From positions 56,048,001 through 56,112,000 of the forward strand of contig OZ038378.1 in the NCBI GenBank assembly GCA_964036045.1: a DNA stretch of 64,000 nt, written 5' to 3'. The notes beneath the pieces are model-generated. The model worked only from the letters and a program-made list of their open reading frames with translations, searched no databases and was not told the DNA's origin. Below are positions 51,521-63,700 of this stretch, piece after piece. The stretch's first letter is position 1; every line of letters begins with the position of its first letter. A program made the translations under genes and the position numbers. The stretch is from Eutreptiella sp. 'Long Island Sound 2002'. Taxonomy: Eukaryota > Protista > Euglenida.

Positions 51521-52224
51521 GGCGGATCAATCCACCACAAACTCGTGGGACCAGACACAAGAGTCCACATGGGTCTGCGATAAGACACAGAGTTTTTTGC
51601 AAGCCACTACCACTATCGACAGAAAGAAATGTGTCAGTCACTCAGCTAAGCAGGGGTGTTTCAAAGGTGGTGGTGATGAAAAACACCGTGGTGGCACCGT
51701 GGCGCCGCTGAGCTCAGCCTCGGAATTGCCGGGGCCGCTGCTGGTCAACGGGCCGGTACCCCGAGAGCCGCGACTGAGCAGGGTGGGCGGAAGCGGGGCT
51801 GGAGGCAATGCCCATCGGCTGCTCCGCCATCAACGTGGTGAGGGTGGGCCCAAAGGGGGCCTTGGGTGAGCGGGACGGGGGCGGGGCTTGTGCTTGTGCT
51901 TGCACTTGGTGTTGTGCTTCTAGTGGCGCTGCGGCTTGTCCATGTGCTTGCGCATGTACTTGTTGTGGGGGGCCTTGATACGGTACGATGCGCACTTGTC
52001 GTTGGGGGGGCCCTTGGTACAGGATAATATTGACTTGTCCTTGTGGGGGGCCTTGGTACTGGATGATCTTGGCTTGTCCTTTTTCCTTTTGGGGGGGCCT
52101 TGATACGGTATGATCTTCTGCTACTTCACACGCCTTTCTTCCAGCCCGTTCTGCTCTTCTCTGCTTCTCTTCCTTTTCTTGTCGTTGGCTGTAGACGGTG
52201 GCATAGGGCACAACATAGGGCATG

Positions 52225-52810
52225 CTGCTCTATTCAGAAGCTGTGGATGGTCGCACCACAAGAGTCCTCTCACTACTCAGACTGTAAATAGTATGCTCCG
52301 CTATTGCACACCTGCGGATGGTTGCACCACAAGACTCCTCTCATTGCCACTGCCGTAAATGCTATGCTCCTCTATTGAAAAACTGCGGATGGTCGCACCA
52401 CAATAGTCTTCTTACTGCAACTAATTTGCATGCTATGCTCCTGTATTAAAAAATTGCGGATGGTCACACCACAAGACTCCCCTCGTTGCCGCTACTTTAA
52501 ATGCTATGCTCCTCTTTTGAAAAGCTGCGGGTGGGTTCACCACAATAGTCTTCTCACTGCCACTACTTTACATGCTATGCTCCTCTATTGAAAAGCAGCG
52601 GATCGTCGCACCACAAAACTGCCCTCATTGCCGCTACTTTAAATGTTATGGTCCTCTGTTGAAAAACTGCGGATGGCCACACCACAAGCGTCGTCTTATT
52701 GCCACTGCTTTACATGCTATGCTCCTGTGCACAAAAACTGCGGATGGTCGCAACACAAGAGTCTTCTCACGACCACTACTTTACATGCTATGCTCCACCA
52801 TTGAAAAAAA
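52225..52810. repeat. 71-bp tandem minisatellite, about 8 units
   Basis: gcggatgg recurs at 52243, 52314, 52385, 52456, 52527 and onward. Confidence 0.9.
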
Positions 52811-54110
52811 GCGGTTGTTGCACCCTCGCTTGTTGTGCCTATTGCTGCTGCTGTAGACCTGCTTGTTGCGCTTGCGGCTGCTGTTGTTGTCCCCCCGCCT
52901 GTTGGGTTCCTCATTGGGCTTGCTGCTACTACTGCTGCTACTGCTGCTCCCCCACTCCTTGTGCCTATGGCTGCTGTTGTAGTCCTGCTTGTTGCCCTTG
53001 TGGCTCTTGTAGCTCTCCGCCACCACCATCACTGGCACCACGTGATCGCGGCGATAGCGGCCCGATTAGGTTGCGGGCCGGGGCGTACTTCCCGAGGCGG
53101 GACATTTAAACGGCGCTTGAGACCAACACCAGCATGCCGGTAACTACAACAGAACAATAGGGTTGGAACTTACAGCCGCATCAGCAACATGATCAAGAGA
53201 TAGAAGTTGCGAAGGGAGTGCATGACTCTCGGCTTTCTCGGCTTGTTGCCAATTTCTAGCGTAGGTCTGTTGTTGCTGTCTGCGGGGAGGAGACTTGAGT
53301 GCGGCGGGGGGGAGGGCGCACAACGCGAAATCCACGGTATCCTGTTGCGGCCGTGTATACCACACCCCGGCGGGACATGTACTCCGACACGGCCCGGAAA
53401 CCAACCTTTGGGACATTCAAGTCCAATCAAGAGCCCGAGTAGGTCAGGCGGGGGGAAAGAGGAAGGAGGCGTATCGTTTTACCGTCTCCAATTGCTTGCT
53501 ACGATTAAGGGTGGGGTAGTCCTTCTCCGTGGCCTCCGACCATCGGGCCTTGGCCAAAGGCGTTGAAACCACCCACTCGCTGAGCAGTTGCACCACCAAT
53601 GGGTCGCGCAAACTCTTGGAGCCACTTAGCCGTGTAAGGGTCATGCTAAGCTCGGTAAGTGTGTCCCGAGAGAAAGGCATCACAAGAAGTAAGCAAAGAA
53701 AAAGAGCGATATGAGTGAGGTGCATAGCGTTCCCGAATCCCGGACAAAAGTTCGAATTTGGAGGAATAGTTATTGCTGGCCGATTCGCGTGCGGTCCTAT
53801 CTTTTACATCCAGGCGGTGACCCATTTCTGTGGTCTCCTGCCTTGCACTTAAGATTGGGGGGTAGAACCCTATCCGCGAAGGCTGCGATCATCTAAGGCT
53901 CCAGGAAGCACATGCGACGGTGACTAAAAGACAAAGCTGCTAGGGCATGCTCTACTGCGGCTAGGAGGTGGCCAGCAAGGGGGCACTCCTTCGGTGGTGC
54001 ATCATCATCCACACAACCTAGGTTAAAAACATCCCCAACCTCAAACCCACTGTCTAGACATGCTCGTGCTGGATCCAATCCCGAGTGGCGTAGATGAAAT
54101 CCAATGTGGT
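52810..54110 (-). pseudogene. Protein relic with a PHD-like segment and a Q-rich tract, possibly upstream part of copy B
   Basis: IGLECPKGWF...VG...PW...C (about 53300-53430) and a poly-Gln tract with interspersed TAG (52820-52950). Confidence 0.3.
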
Positions 54111-54222
54111 TCATTTGTAATATTTCATATATGAGCTAATTCATATATGAACCTGCTAGATATTAAACTCGCTTTCGTATGATTTTGCCACATTTATGTC
54201 CTTCTTTTTCCGTCTACATCAG

Positions 54223-55960
54223 AATGTGTAAGGGTTCTTATGGGGTGCAGAATGGGATAGTAGAGGGGTACCAAGGGGATGTGGTTGGGTACCCTGCACG
54301 AACCCAGCACTTCCGCACTGATGTTCAACCTACGGGACATGAGCATTGTTTGTTTCGCTCCCCCGGCCCATCCCCGCACGGGACCGATTCTCAGACACAT
54401 GGAAGGAGATGGCCAAGCCGCTTGAGTTGAGGCCTCCCGTGTCAGTTGCGGATCCCCCTGTGAGTGGCCGCTCCTAACCGCTTCAATCTTGGGCGTGCTA
54501 CGTCCAATCACGGCCTCAATTTGCCGGTGTCATCAATTGGTCGCAGCATGTCCCATTCCTCGTGCGCGGGGATGTGTACCCATGTGCCGGTGGTAGTTGG
54601 AGCCAACTCTCTGTTGCGCTCCTCAACCATGGCGCACCGAGCCGCTCACCCGCGTACTTGAGAATGATTGGGATGGCTGTGTGCGGAGACAAGGACATGG
54701 CCCCCCTTACAACAATTTGGGCCCAGAACCTGCAGGTTTGTGGCCGATTGCTTGTTCGTGAATTTTTGCAGTCATATCTACGGGTGGACATCCGGAATTT
54801 CGTCAATATTCACCCAGTTCGTAGATTAAAACTGAATATTAACCCGCAGATATTGATTGCAAATATGAACCCACTTTTGTTCTTACGTTTTGCAATCGAT
54901 CCATGATTGCAAAAAGTTCTACTGGACAACCCGGTGGGTGGCAAGCGAGCTGGTCATTGGGGGAGACCACCCCTTTGAGCAACGCCTCAAGGGCGCCTCC
55001 ATATCACCCATGGTGGGCTCTATTTACAACATGGGTGTGTGGGACAAGGGTGCAGCGGCATGGGAGCACACCGCCACGCGGCGTACATTGCAGGAGGAGG
55101 CGGCCGCCCGTGTGCGCTACAAGGATGCGGGCCGTGGCTTGGACAATGGGGGATGCATAGGAGACCCACACATTGCGGCCCACCAATGTTTGGTTTTCCT
55201 AATCTGCATCCTCCATTGTTGCATGGCCATGAACCGCCTCCAAGTGGCCTTCGTTGAGGCCCGCCTGGAGGCCCTCCCGAATGTGACCACCGAGGCCGTG
55301 CAAAGGATCCACTACTGCGCCCGTACGAGCGCCAAATTGGGCTCGGCGGCCGCGCCGGATGGTGAGGAGTCCCGCGCGTTTGTTCCTAGCGCGGGAGGAG
55401 CGTGGGCCCCCGTTGGCTTACGCCCCGGAGGATGGTGAGTGGCAAGCCGTGGTTGCTATGCGGGACCTCCTCCGCTAATTGCACTCCGACAAACCCTCCA
55501 CCGCGGACCTTCTTGCCCCGGAGGTTGCGCGCGCATACCAGGCGGATTGTTGCAAGGCCGGGTGCCAATCCCACTACCTCCTTTACTTGGAGGAGATATC
55601 ACCACAGCCGCGGCCAATGCGGCGCGGTCGGGGGTGGGATTGGGCGCAGCGTGCGCCGATGTCGTTGAGAGCCTTAACGCCATCCTCAAGCGCGCCTACA
55701 ACAACCACACCGCACGGGTGGGAGGGATGCTGGTTGCCTCGGCGTGGCAACGCGAGGCCGAGGTAATATTCCAAGCGTGGGAGCGGTGGTTCTTGAAATT
55801 CCACGTGCCACTCCGCACGCATGGAGCATCCGGTGGTGTTCCATGTACAATGGCCAAGCTCCTGGCCACCCAAAGCCCACCCAACTGTACTCTTCTCCTT
55901 GCCCCACCAAGGGGCTGCTGCTGGAACTGCTACCGCTGGAACTACTGCAGCTGCTACTAG
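54223..55960 (+). pseudogene. RAG1/Transib/Chapaev-like DDE transposase, copy C
   Basis: FLVRGD (D1, 54571), SRSPAYLRMIG, VIGGDHP (D2, 54965), CILHCCMAM, PDGEESRAF, GLGAACADVVESLNAILKRAYNNHTAR (E, 55667). Homologous to copy A throughout. Confidence 0.75.
54736..54895 (+). other. Intron in transposase copy C (acceptor mutated to CAA)
   Basis: CAG|GTTTGT...cttttgttcttacgttttgCAA|TCGATC. Removing these 160 nt restores the frame NLQ-SIH. Confidence 0.65.
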
Positions 55961-57740
55961 AGGGGCTTGCCGAAGGCGCTCCTCCGGTTTTTGCATCTGA
56001 AAACGGAGCAATTGAATTTTCTATTTTCTTTACTTTTTATATCAATATCTACGGGTTAATATTTGGAGGGCAAATATTATTTCATATATGAAATACTAAG
56101 AGACCAACCTGTTAATATTAACTGGCAGATGTTAAAGCACCGCCGCAAATATTAACTCCGACTTGCAAACAGACACCTACAAGCAAGCATACCATTTTTG
56201 CGTTGTTCTCGGCCATCATAGACATCAAGGCGTCCGTCATGGCCTTCATCTCGTCAGACGATATGGCCATGGCACAGCAGAAGCAGCAAATCGGCGAACC
56301 CCGGACGAGGAGTCAAGCGGAGACTCCTCCAATAGAAGACGACGCGAAAAAAAGGGGAGAAAAGAGGAAGAAGAGGGAGAGGGAGAGGGATAGAGAGAGG
56401 GCTAGAGAGTCAGCAGGGGTGGGGGAAGGGGACCCAGTGGGGGGGGTTAAAGAATAGGCAGAGCACGTGGTGGTGGACGAAGCAGATGGGGAGGGTGGGG
56501 ATAGTGCGGATGGGGAGGGGAACGTAGTTGAGACAACCGCCCCCCCAAGTTCACCCTCCCACCGTGGCTGGCCAAGGCCATAGCCCAGGGTTTTGCTGAA
56601 CAATGGGGGGGGGGGGGGTTATTTAGCGACCCACCCACCAAGAATTTTGGCATACCCAAATACCGACTAATGTCCCCCACCCGGGGGGGGGGGGGGTCGG
56701 ACACCCACCCACCCACCCACCCACCCACCCACGTACCCAACTGAGACATGCAATACAGAAGACTATGGGGTTTTAGCGTTGCCCCCTTCGCATTTGACAT
56801 AAATGACAATGCATCCTAGCCCCTTTATGGGCGTGGGGCATGCACACGTGATATGCAATGCCATGTAAACAGACCATAAATAAACATGTTACATGGAACC
56901 TGCAACAGAAGAAAGAAAGAGGTGGCACTGTCTCGATAGACCCAAGGGCCCCCACAAAGTCCCACGCCACCCCCGTGGGGGGGGGTTGGACACCCACCCA
57001 ACCTGAAATTCTGCCAGACCCACACACCCCCCCCCTGGGGTAGGACGGACACTAAGCAAAAGCCTGGGCCAGCGACATCAAATTTTAACAAGGCCTCCAC
57101 TATGTGCTGGTCGGCCCAGGTCCTTGAACAGGCCTCTGCACCATAGCGGCCCGTTTTTCAGGGGGCTGGGGACCGTCATTTGACTGTGCTTTGGGTTTTC
57201 CGCCCATTTGCGCACAAATTTGTGCGCAAGCACGCCTCAGCCAAGGGTGAGTGGGGGCGGAACCCCGGAAAGCGGGGAGGGCCCGGATGTAGAGGCCTAT
57301 CGCTGGGGCGCCCCTGGCACCAGTGCTAGACAGTGTCAGTGCTTGAGGGTTGCCAGCGCTGAATTTGCTTAGAGACCCCCGGAACGTGGGGTTCGCAACA
57401 GGCCATTACCTTGAGTTGCTGCAGCACTGATCCCGCTTTGGATGGGTGCGCGTCTGGCGCATGGGCAAGGCCTGCCTGTGGACCCCATAGTGGGGGAACG
57501 TCCTCGCCCTCCAGACCCCCGTCTACGACCTACGCCACCAGCGGTCGCACGAAGGGGACACGGGGACGCGGTGTACGCGGTTGTCGGTGACGAGGCCGAC
57601 GAAACCGACTGAGGCCCCGGTCTACAGTGCGTTGACACCAGTGAGGTTCGATGAGGCCGCAGAACCATTGGAGGCTCCCTTAGCGACCACCGACTTCCAC
57701 AGTGCTATGCTGCAGTTCAAGCTTTGGGCAACTCATCGAT

Positions 57741-58200
57741 GTGCGCCACCTGATTAGTCAGTTAATATCTAGGATGTCGCCGGAGACATTTGTGCGTTAA
57801 TTTCTAATTTTTGAGCCAGCGGTCCAAACATCAACAATTAAATTCATATATGAACTCGTACATATTAATTTATTCGCCAGAACAATTTAAGTTGCATAAT
57901 TCTTGTGTTTTTTGTGTTTTTGCAGGTGTGTGATGTCACCATCAAAGCCTGCCATGCATGCCCGGTACGTATCACTTGGCGGGACACGGAGGGCTCACAA
58001 GAGATACCCCCGGGGGCCCTCGATAGCATGCTGGCCCAAGACCCAAGCCCGGGCCTTTCCCTGCTCTGCAGCCTGCGAGAGTGGGTGGCAGGCTGCGTGG
58101 CAGCCGACGTGTGGGACACATCGAAGGGTTATCGGCCCAGCCAGTGGGCCAAAATGTCAGACGTAGGGTTTATCGGGGGGCTCGATGGGGAGCTACGGAT
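57741..58200 (+). pseudogene. Probable intron (about 57741-57925) and exon of an unidentified gene
   Basis: gtgcgc donor-like site, AT-rich body and ttttgtgtttttgcAG acceptor, followed by the open frame VCDVTIKACHACPVRITW. Confidence 0.35.
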
Positions 58201-59967
58201 GGGATGGGTGAGGGGAGGGCTGCGGAAGAGGAGGGGGGGGGGGGCGGTTCACCGCAATGTCCACATCGAAACCCCCCCAAGACCAGCACCAAACGCAAAC
58301 CCCCAGCCCCCCCCCCCCCGAAGACCAACGGCAGGTTGTATTTCGAATCGTCCCAGGACTCAAGTGACGGCGCTATCCCACGGGGTGGCACCAAAAAGCA
58401 AAAAACCCACCACCGCACACCCAAGACAAAAGCCATCCAAGCCCCTGAGAGCACACACACCCCCAAGCCCCCCCCCCCCACCACACCCACCACCCCAACC
58501 CCCCATGTGGGCAACGGTCCCGAGGACCCAATCGTCGGCAGCCTCGCCCACGTCCCCTACCCCGGGGGGGCGGGGGGAGGGGGTGGAGACGGGCACCGTT
58601 CGCGGTGTCCGTCGCAACAAAGGTGGTGTTGTTTCGGGTGGAATACCCAGGCCACACCACTGTTTACGAGCTGGCCCAAAGGCTCCTCTTCCCTTCCCCC
58701 GAAGAAGCCGAAGCCTTTCGGCAAGAAGCGGTGGGGGGGAAGAAGAAGTCAAAGACCACCATTCACCCCTCTAATCCCGAGACTAATTCCCAGTATAACC
58801 AACCCGAACCAACCACCACAGAACCCCCGAACCCCGTATACAAACAGAACAAGGAGAACAAAGAACAAGAGGTGGGTGACCCCGCAAAAGGGTCGCAAGA
58901 ACCGTAAAGGCCCGGAAACGGACCCATCCGGCCGGTAAGGCCATAAACAAGACAAAAAACGAAAAGCAAAGTATGTGGTATGTGTTCTTGTGTGTTTTTG
59001 TGCATTTGTAGGGCAGGTTACAATTTGGGATCTGTGGATTAATATTCAGTCGGCACTTTTGTAATATTTGATATATGACATGTTAATTTCAAATATTAAA
59101 CGAAATTTTAGCTCGGAGTGCCATTTCAACATTTTTGTAGATGTACACCGGTAGAACCCCCGCCAAAACCCCGGCTGGAAAATGCCACCAAACGCGCAAG
59201 GCACCCCAAAGGGATGCAAACTTGCACTGCGTATCCCCCATACCCCTTGTATAAATGCACAAAATTGAGCTAACCTTTTAACGTTCCCCCCAGATATTAA
59301 AAATATTGGATTTAACCAAGGCCTTTGGGGTTGCGTAGGGCAGCGTAGCAAGAAACCTACGGGAGGAGGCGCCCGTCAGCTCTCTCAAGCCACCATTAGG
59401 AAGGGGTAAGGGCCATGAAGTGGGGTTGTGCAAAGTACGGGGCGGGCTTGGGTTTAGGTTTCACGGGGTCACCACGGGCCACCTCGGTAAAGGTGCGCGT
59501 GTTTGGGCCCAGACGGAGGTGCCGCCTGACGGGTGGCTGGACAAGTCAGGCTGCTAGTGCGTACCCTTTGCGAACGGCCCATAAGGGAACTTTTGGATGG
59601 GGAGCGAAAATCGCGAGAACATGGCTGCACAAAGAAACAATTCTAGCCAGGAACAACTATTTCACAGAGTCCGGATGGTACCAACATTTCTCGAACTTAT
59701 AAAGCTAAAACAATCCGGGTGCCAATGACAAGAAACGCCCCCTTTTTCACGCGCCATGGTGCCAAAGCGCCCCACAAAATGCCATATTCATACCGCGGGC
59801 TTTCCCTGTGTCTGGGGCGGCAATGCGAACGCAAATATACATCAAATTAGCGCGACTATCGCGGGATTTTCGCAGTCACCTTCGCACACTCGCACAGCTC
59901 CACTGTCTGGCGTGCACCAACTTAAGTATGAGAGCCACCACAACCGATAGTCCCATGACCGCATGTC

Positions 59968-62900
59968 CTAGGCCCGCCGCCTGCGGCGGCGTCTGAAACG
60001 CTGTGAGAGGTCTTGTACATAGTTGAGGTCACCAAGTGCCATCCTGCGGGCACACCGCGCCAAAGGCCGCACTGTCAAAGGCCCTTGTCTACGCATGGAG
60101 CTCTTGGTAACATCCCACCCCTCTCGACAGAGGCGGTCATCTATGGTGTGGTTGTCAACCACAACTTGCACACCTAGGCGTCCACGCAGGAGGCTTAGGC
60201 CCCCGCTATTGCGGAGCATGCGCTTTAGCCTACAATGGCTGCCTTCCATGGCAAACCCAGGGGGAGGGCGGAAGAAAAATTCCCCCAGGGGGAAAATTTT
60301 TTTCAACCACGACCCTTGTCCCCCCCCAGCCCCTTATACAAAAAAATTCTACCCGCGGGAGACTTTTTCTACCCTAACCCCCCATTGTCCCCACTGGGCC
60401 CACAGACCCCCCCCAAAGCCCCCCCCTCGTTGCCCCCCCCACCCCTTGGCCCCCCAATCCCCTTGCTCCGCCACCTCCACAGAATTTCTATGGAGGCTGC
60501 CCCGGCTACCATGGCCACGCGTGGCCAATCACATGCCCCCGATCCTGGGGCCGACTCACGGAGCGCCGCGTTCCAAGCACAACAGCACCAATTGTCGGAT
60601 GGATTGGTCAGATGTATATGTACAGGAGCACATTGATCTTTTGACACCATCGGTCCCTCAAAGAGAAGAGACTACGGCCCCGGCTCAATGTGCAAAAGCG
60701 TAGAAAGGATTTGCACCCTTCGGCACTATGTCGCACTCGGTAGTCGCACGCACAACGGTTGTGATTTGTGAATGTGCCTGGGCGCCAACACACTTGTTTT
60801 TGTTGAATGCTGGTCTTCGGCGCCAAGCGAAGATCCCGTCAAGTGGTCGCAGCATTGGTTTTTGGCATAGGTGTTGGACTTGAGCCGAAAACCTGCAGAA
60901 ATGTGGCAAGCAAAACACACCTGTTTTTTGCCTCTCTTCAGCGCCATCCAGAGACGCGCTGCTCATGATGCGGCCATTGTGAACTTGAGGGTCAGGGTCT
61001 TGGTGTGGCTCCACAAAATCCTGATACCTGCAGAAAAGTGGCAAGCAAAACATACCAGTTTTTTACCTGTCTTCAGCGCCATCCAGAGATGCGCTGCCCA
61101 TGATGCGGCCATTCTCAACTTGAGGGTCAAGGTCTTCTTGTTGCTTCACAAATTCTTGATACCTGCAGAGAAGTGGCACGTGTGCCGGAGCGCCAGCACA
61201 CCTGTTTTTTTGAATGCTTGTCTTGAGCGCCGTGCGGAGATGCGGGCTGGTAGTCGTGCACGCTCTTTGAATGGCGCGCAGTCTTGCCACAGTCGCATCT
61301 GCCTTTCTTTTGCATACTGCCTTGATACCTGCAAAAAAATCGCATGCACAACACACCTGTGTTTTGCTTGTCTTCGGCGCCATCCGAATATACACTGGCC
61401 ACATCCTCCTTGTTGCCTCGCCCAGTGGCAGATCAGCTTAGGCACTCGTTCGCGCATTCGCCTTGAAACCTGAAAAAAAATCGCATGCACAACACACCTG
61501 TTTTTTGCCTGTCTTCAGCGCCATCCAGAGACGCGCTGCTCATGATGCGGCCATTGTGAACTTGAGGGTCAGGGTCTTGGTGTGGCTCCACAAAATCCTG
61601 ATACCTGCAGAAAAGTGGCAAGCAAAACATACCAGTTTTTTACCTGTCTTCAGCGCCATCCAGAGATGCGCTGCCCATGATGCGGCCATTCTCAACTTGA
61701 GGGTCAAGGTCTTCTTGTTGCTTCACAAATTCTTGATACCTGCAGAGAAGTGGCACGTGTGCCGGAGCGCCAGCACACCTGTTTTTTTGAATGCTTGTCT
61801 TGAGCGCCGTGCGGAGATGCGGGCTGGTAGTCGTGCACGCTCTTTGAATGGCGCGCAGTCTTGCCACAGTCGCATCTGCCTTTCTTTTGCATACTGCCTT
61901 GATACCTGCAAAAAAATCGCATGCACAACACACCTGTGTTTTGCTTGTCTTCGGCGCCATCCGAATATACACTGGCCACATCCTCCTTGTTGCCTCGCCC
62001 AGTGGCAGATCAGCTTAGGCACTCGTTCGCGCATTCGCCTTGAAACCTGAAAAAAAATCGCATGCACAACACACCTGTTTTTTGCCTGTGTTCAGCGCCA
62101 GCTAGATATGCACTGGCCACATCTTGTTTGTTGCCTCGCCGACTAGCAGATCGGCTTGGGCACTCCTTCGCGCCCATCCTTCGTCCACAACATCGTGCTA
62201 CCTGTAGATAGCTTCCAGAGCGCACTGTGCACTACATAAGCAAACATGGACGACATGCAGGACAAACACCCCACCCCTCCCCCCAGCTCCGCCACCTCCA
62301 CAGAAACTGCAATGAATTCCTGTGAAGGCTGCCCCGGCTACCATAGCCACGTGTGGCCAATCACATGCCCCCGATCGCGGAGCAGACTCACGGCAGACTC
62401 ACAGCGAGCGCCTTGTAGGTCTCGCAACGCTGCCGGAACTTGTGCAGGTCCTCCTGCAACTAGCCCACGGTCCCTTGGGCAACGTACCCCCTGTCGTTGG
62501 CCTCATTGAGGCGGCGGGACAAGACATGGGGCCCTTGCCGGTAATGGGGCTGTGTGTCCTTTGGATCAATGGCGGTGATCATCCAGCTGTTCAGCTTAGC
62601 CGCATGCTTCCCGCATAGCAAAACCAGGCACGGGAGACAGGGGCCATGGTACCGCTATGTCGTCACAACGACCATCCGTGCAGCAATCCAAAGCCAATAG
62701 CCCTCGGCGGTCGCAGAACTCCGAGGGCGGCTTCTCATAGTTGCCCCGCATGACGGGGTACGTCCCCCGCAGCCGCTGCAGGGTGGGGGCCTGCCTAGAG
62801 AGAACCCCGGGACACTTGCGCTCGCCAAGAGGAATCGGAGCGTCAAGGTCAAGGTCCATCTCCATTGCAGAGTCTACATCCAGGTTTGGCACCTGGAGAA

Positions 62901-63700
62901 TGGGCCCCAATTGTGCTGCAGCGGCTGCACCAGCTGCGGCCAATGTAGATGCAAGCTGGACAGCCCCTAGGAGCTGCGGATGCTTGTCTACGCGGATGAG
63001 CATGCTCAGTAGGGGAGTGTCTGAGGTGACGCTACCCTGAAAGAACTCCGGCACGACGTTGCCTTACCGCACCTAGTCGGTATGCTGGGTACCCGAGCAG
63101 CGGATGCTAAATGCCTTGGTCTTTGGGTTCTGCACTGTGGGCAGGATCTTGCCACAGGGGCACTGCCACTTCCTTGTTCGGATGTCGCGGTTGCGCCATA
63201 CTACGGTAACGGTGATGGGAGGCAAGAGGGGAGATGCACGCATATCAGCCATCGTGAGGAAGTGGAAGATTTTATTGTATGTGCAACAAAAACGGGGAGG
63301 AGGGGGTCCAATGGCAAGGCTCGCAGTGTCGCACTGTCCCGGAGCTCCCACAGGCTGGGATGGGTACAACCACATAGCCCGGTCACACTCCAACAAAGCA
63401 CGAATCAGCACAACCAAGCAACATTTGGGCAACTATTTTGCATATGTGAAACTAGAATCAGTCCCTGATGTTCCCATTAACCACGCGTCTACCCAGACCC
63501 ACTTCGGAACGGACGAACAACGTATGAGCAAGACGCACAAGTGTGGAGGGCGCCCCCTGGGGCACCTGTTTGGGCAGTACGCCATGGAAAAAAAAACAGC
63601 GTACTACCAAAACAGGGGATCTGTCGATTGCGGCATAGCTGCAGTGCCAGCTCTAAGCTTCCAAGCTTAGGGAGAGTTACCCCGTTTAATGCACTGTCCA
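59968..63700 (-). pseudogene. Rearranged RAG1/Transib/Chapaev-like transposase, family D
   Basis: N-terminal WQCPCGK, then LDCCTDG (D1, about 62675), ACDWPHVAMVAG..C..C (D2, about 62361, duplicated at about 60520) and FAMEGSHCRLKRMLRNSGG (E region, about 60245). The middle is missing or replaced by repeats. Confidence 0.5.
60914..62100. repeat. Near-identical 577-bp tandem duplication built from shorter subrepeats
   Basis: ORFs at 61063/61640 and 61127/61704 translate identically. aacacacctg recurs at 60914, 61491 and 62068. Confidence 0.92.

Noticed and set aside
52225-52810. CRISPR-like appearance of the 71-bp array (also the 83-bp array at 18421 and the 72-bp arrays)
   Set aside because: Whole units are homologous with no unique spacers, no cas genes are present, and the context is eukaryotic.
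54000-54230. RAG1/RAG2-like gene pair (PHD-like relic next to transposase C)
   Set aside because: The orientation is divergent rather than convergent, there are no kelch repeats, and the arrangement looks like a nested insertion.
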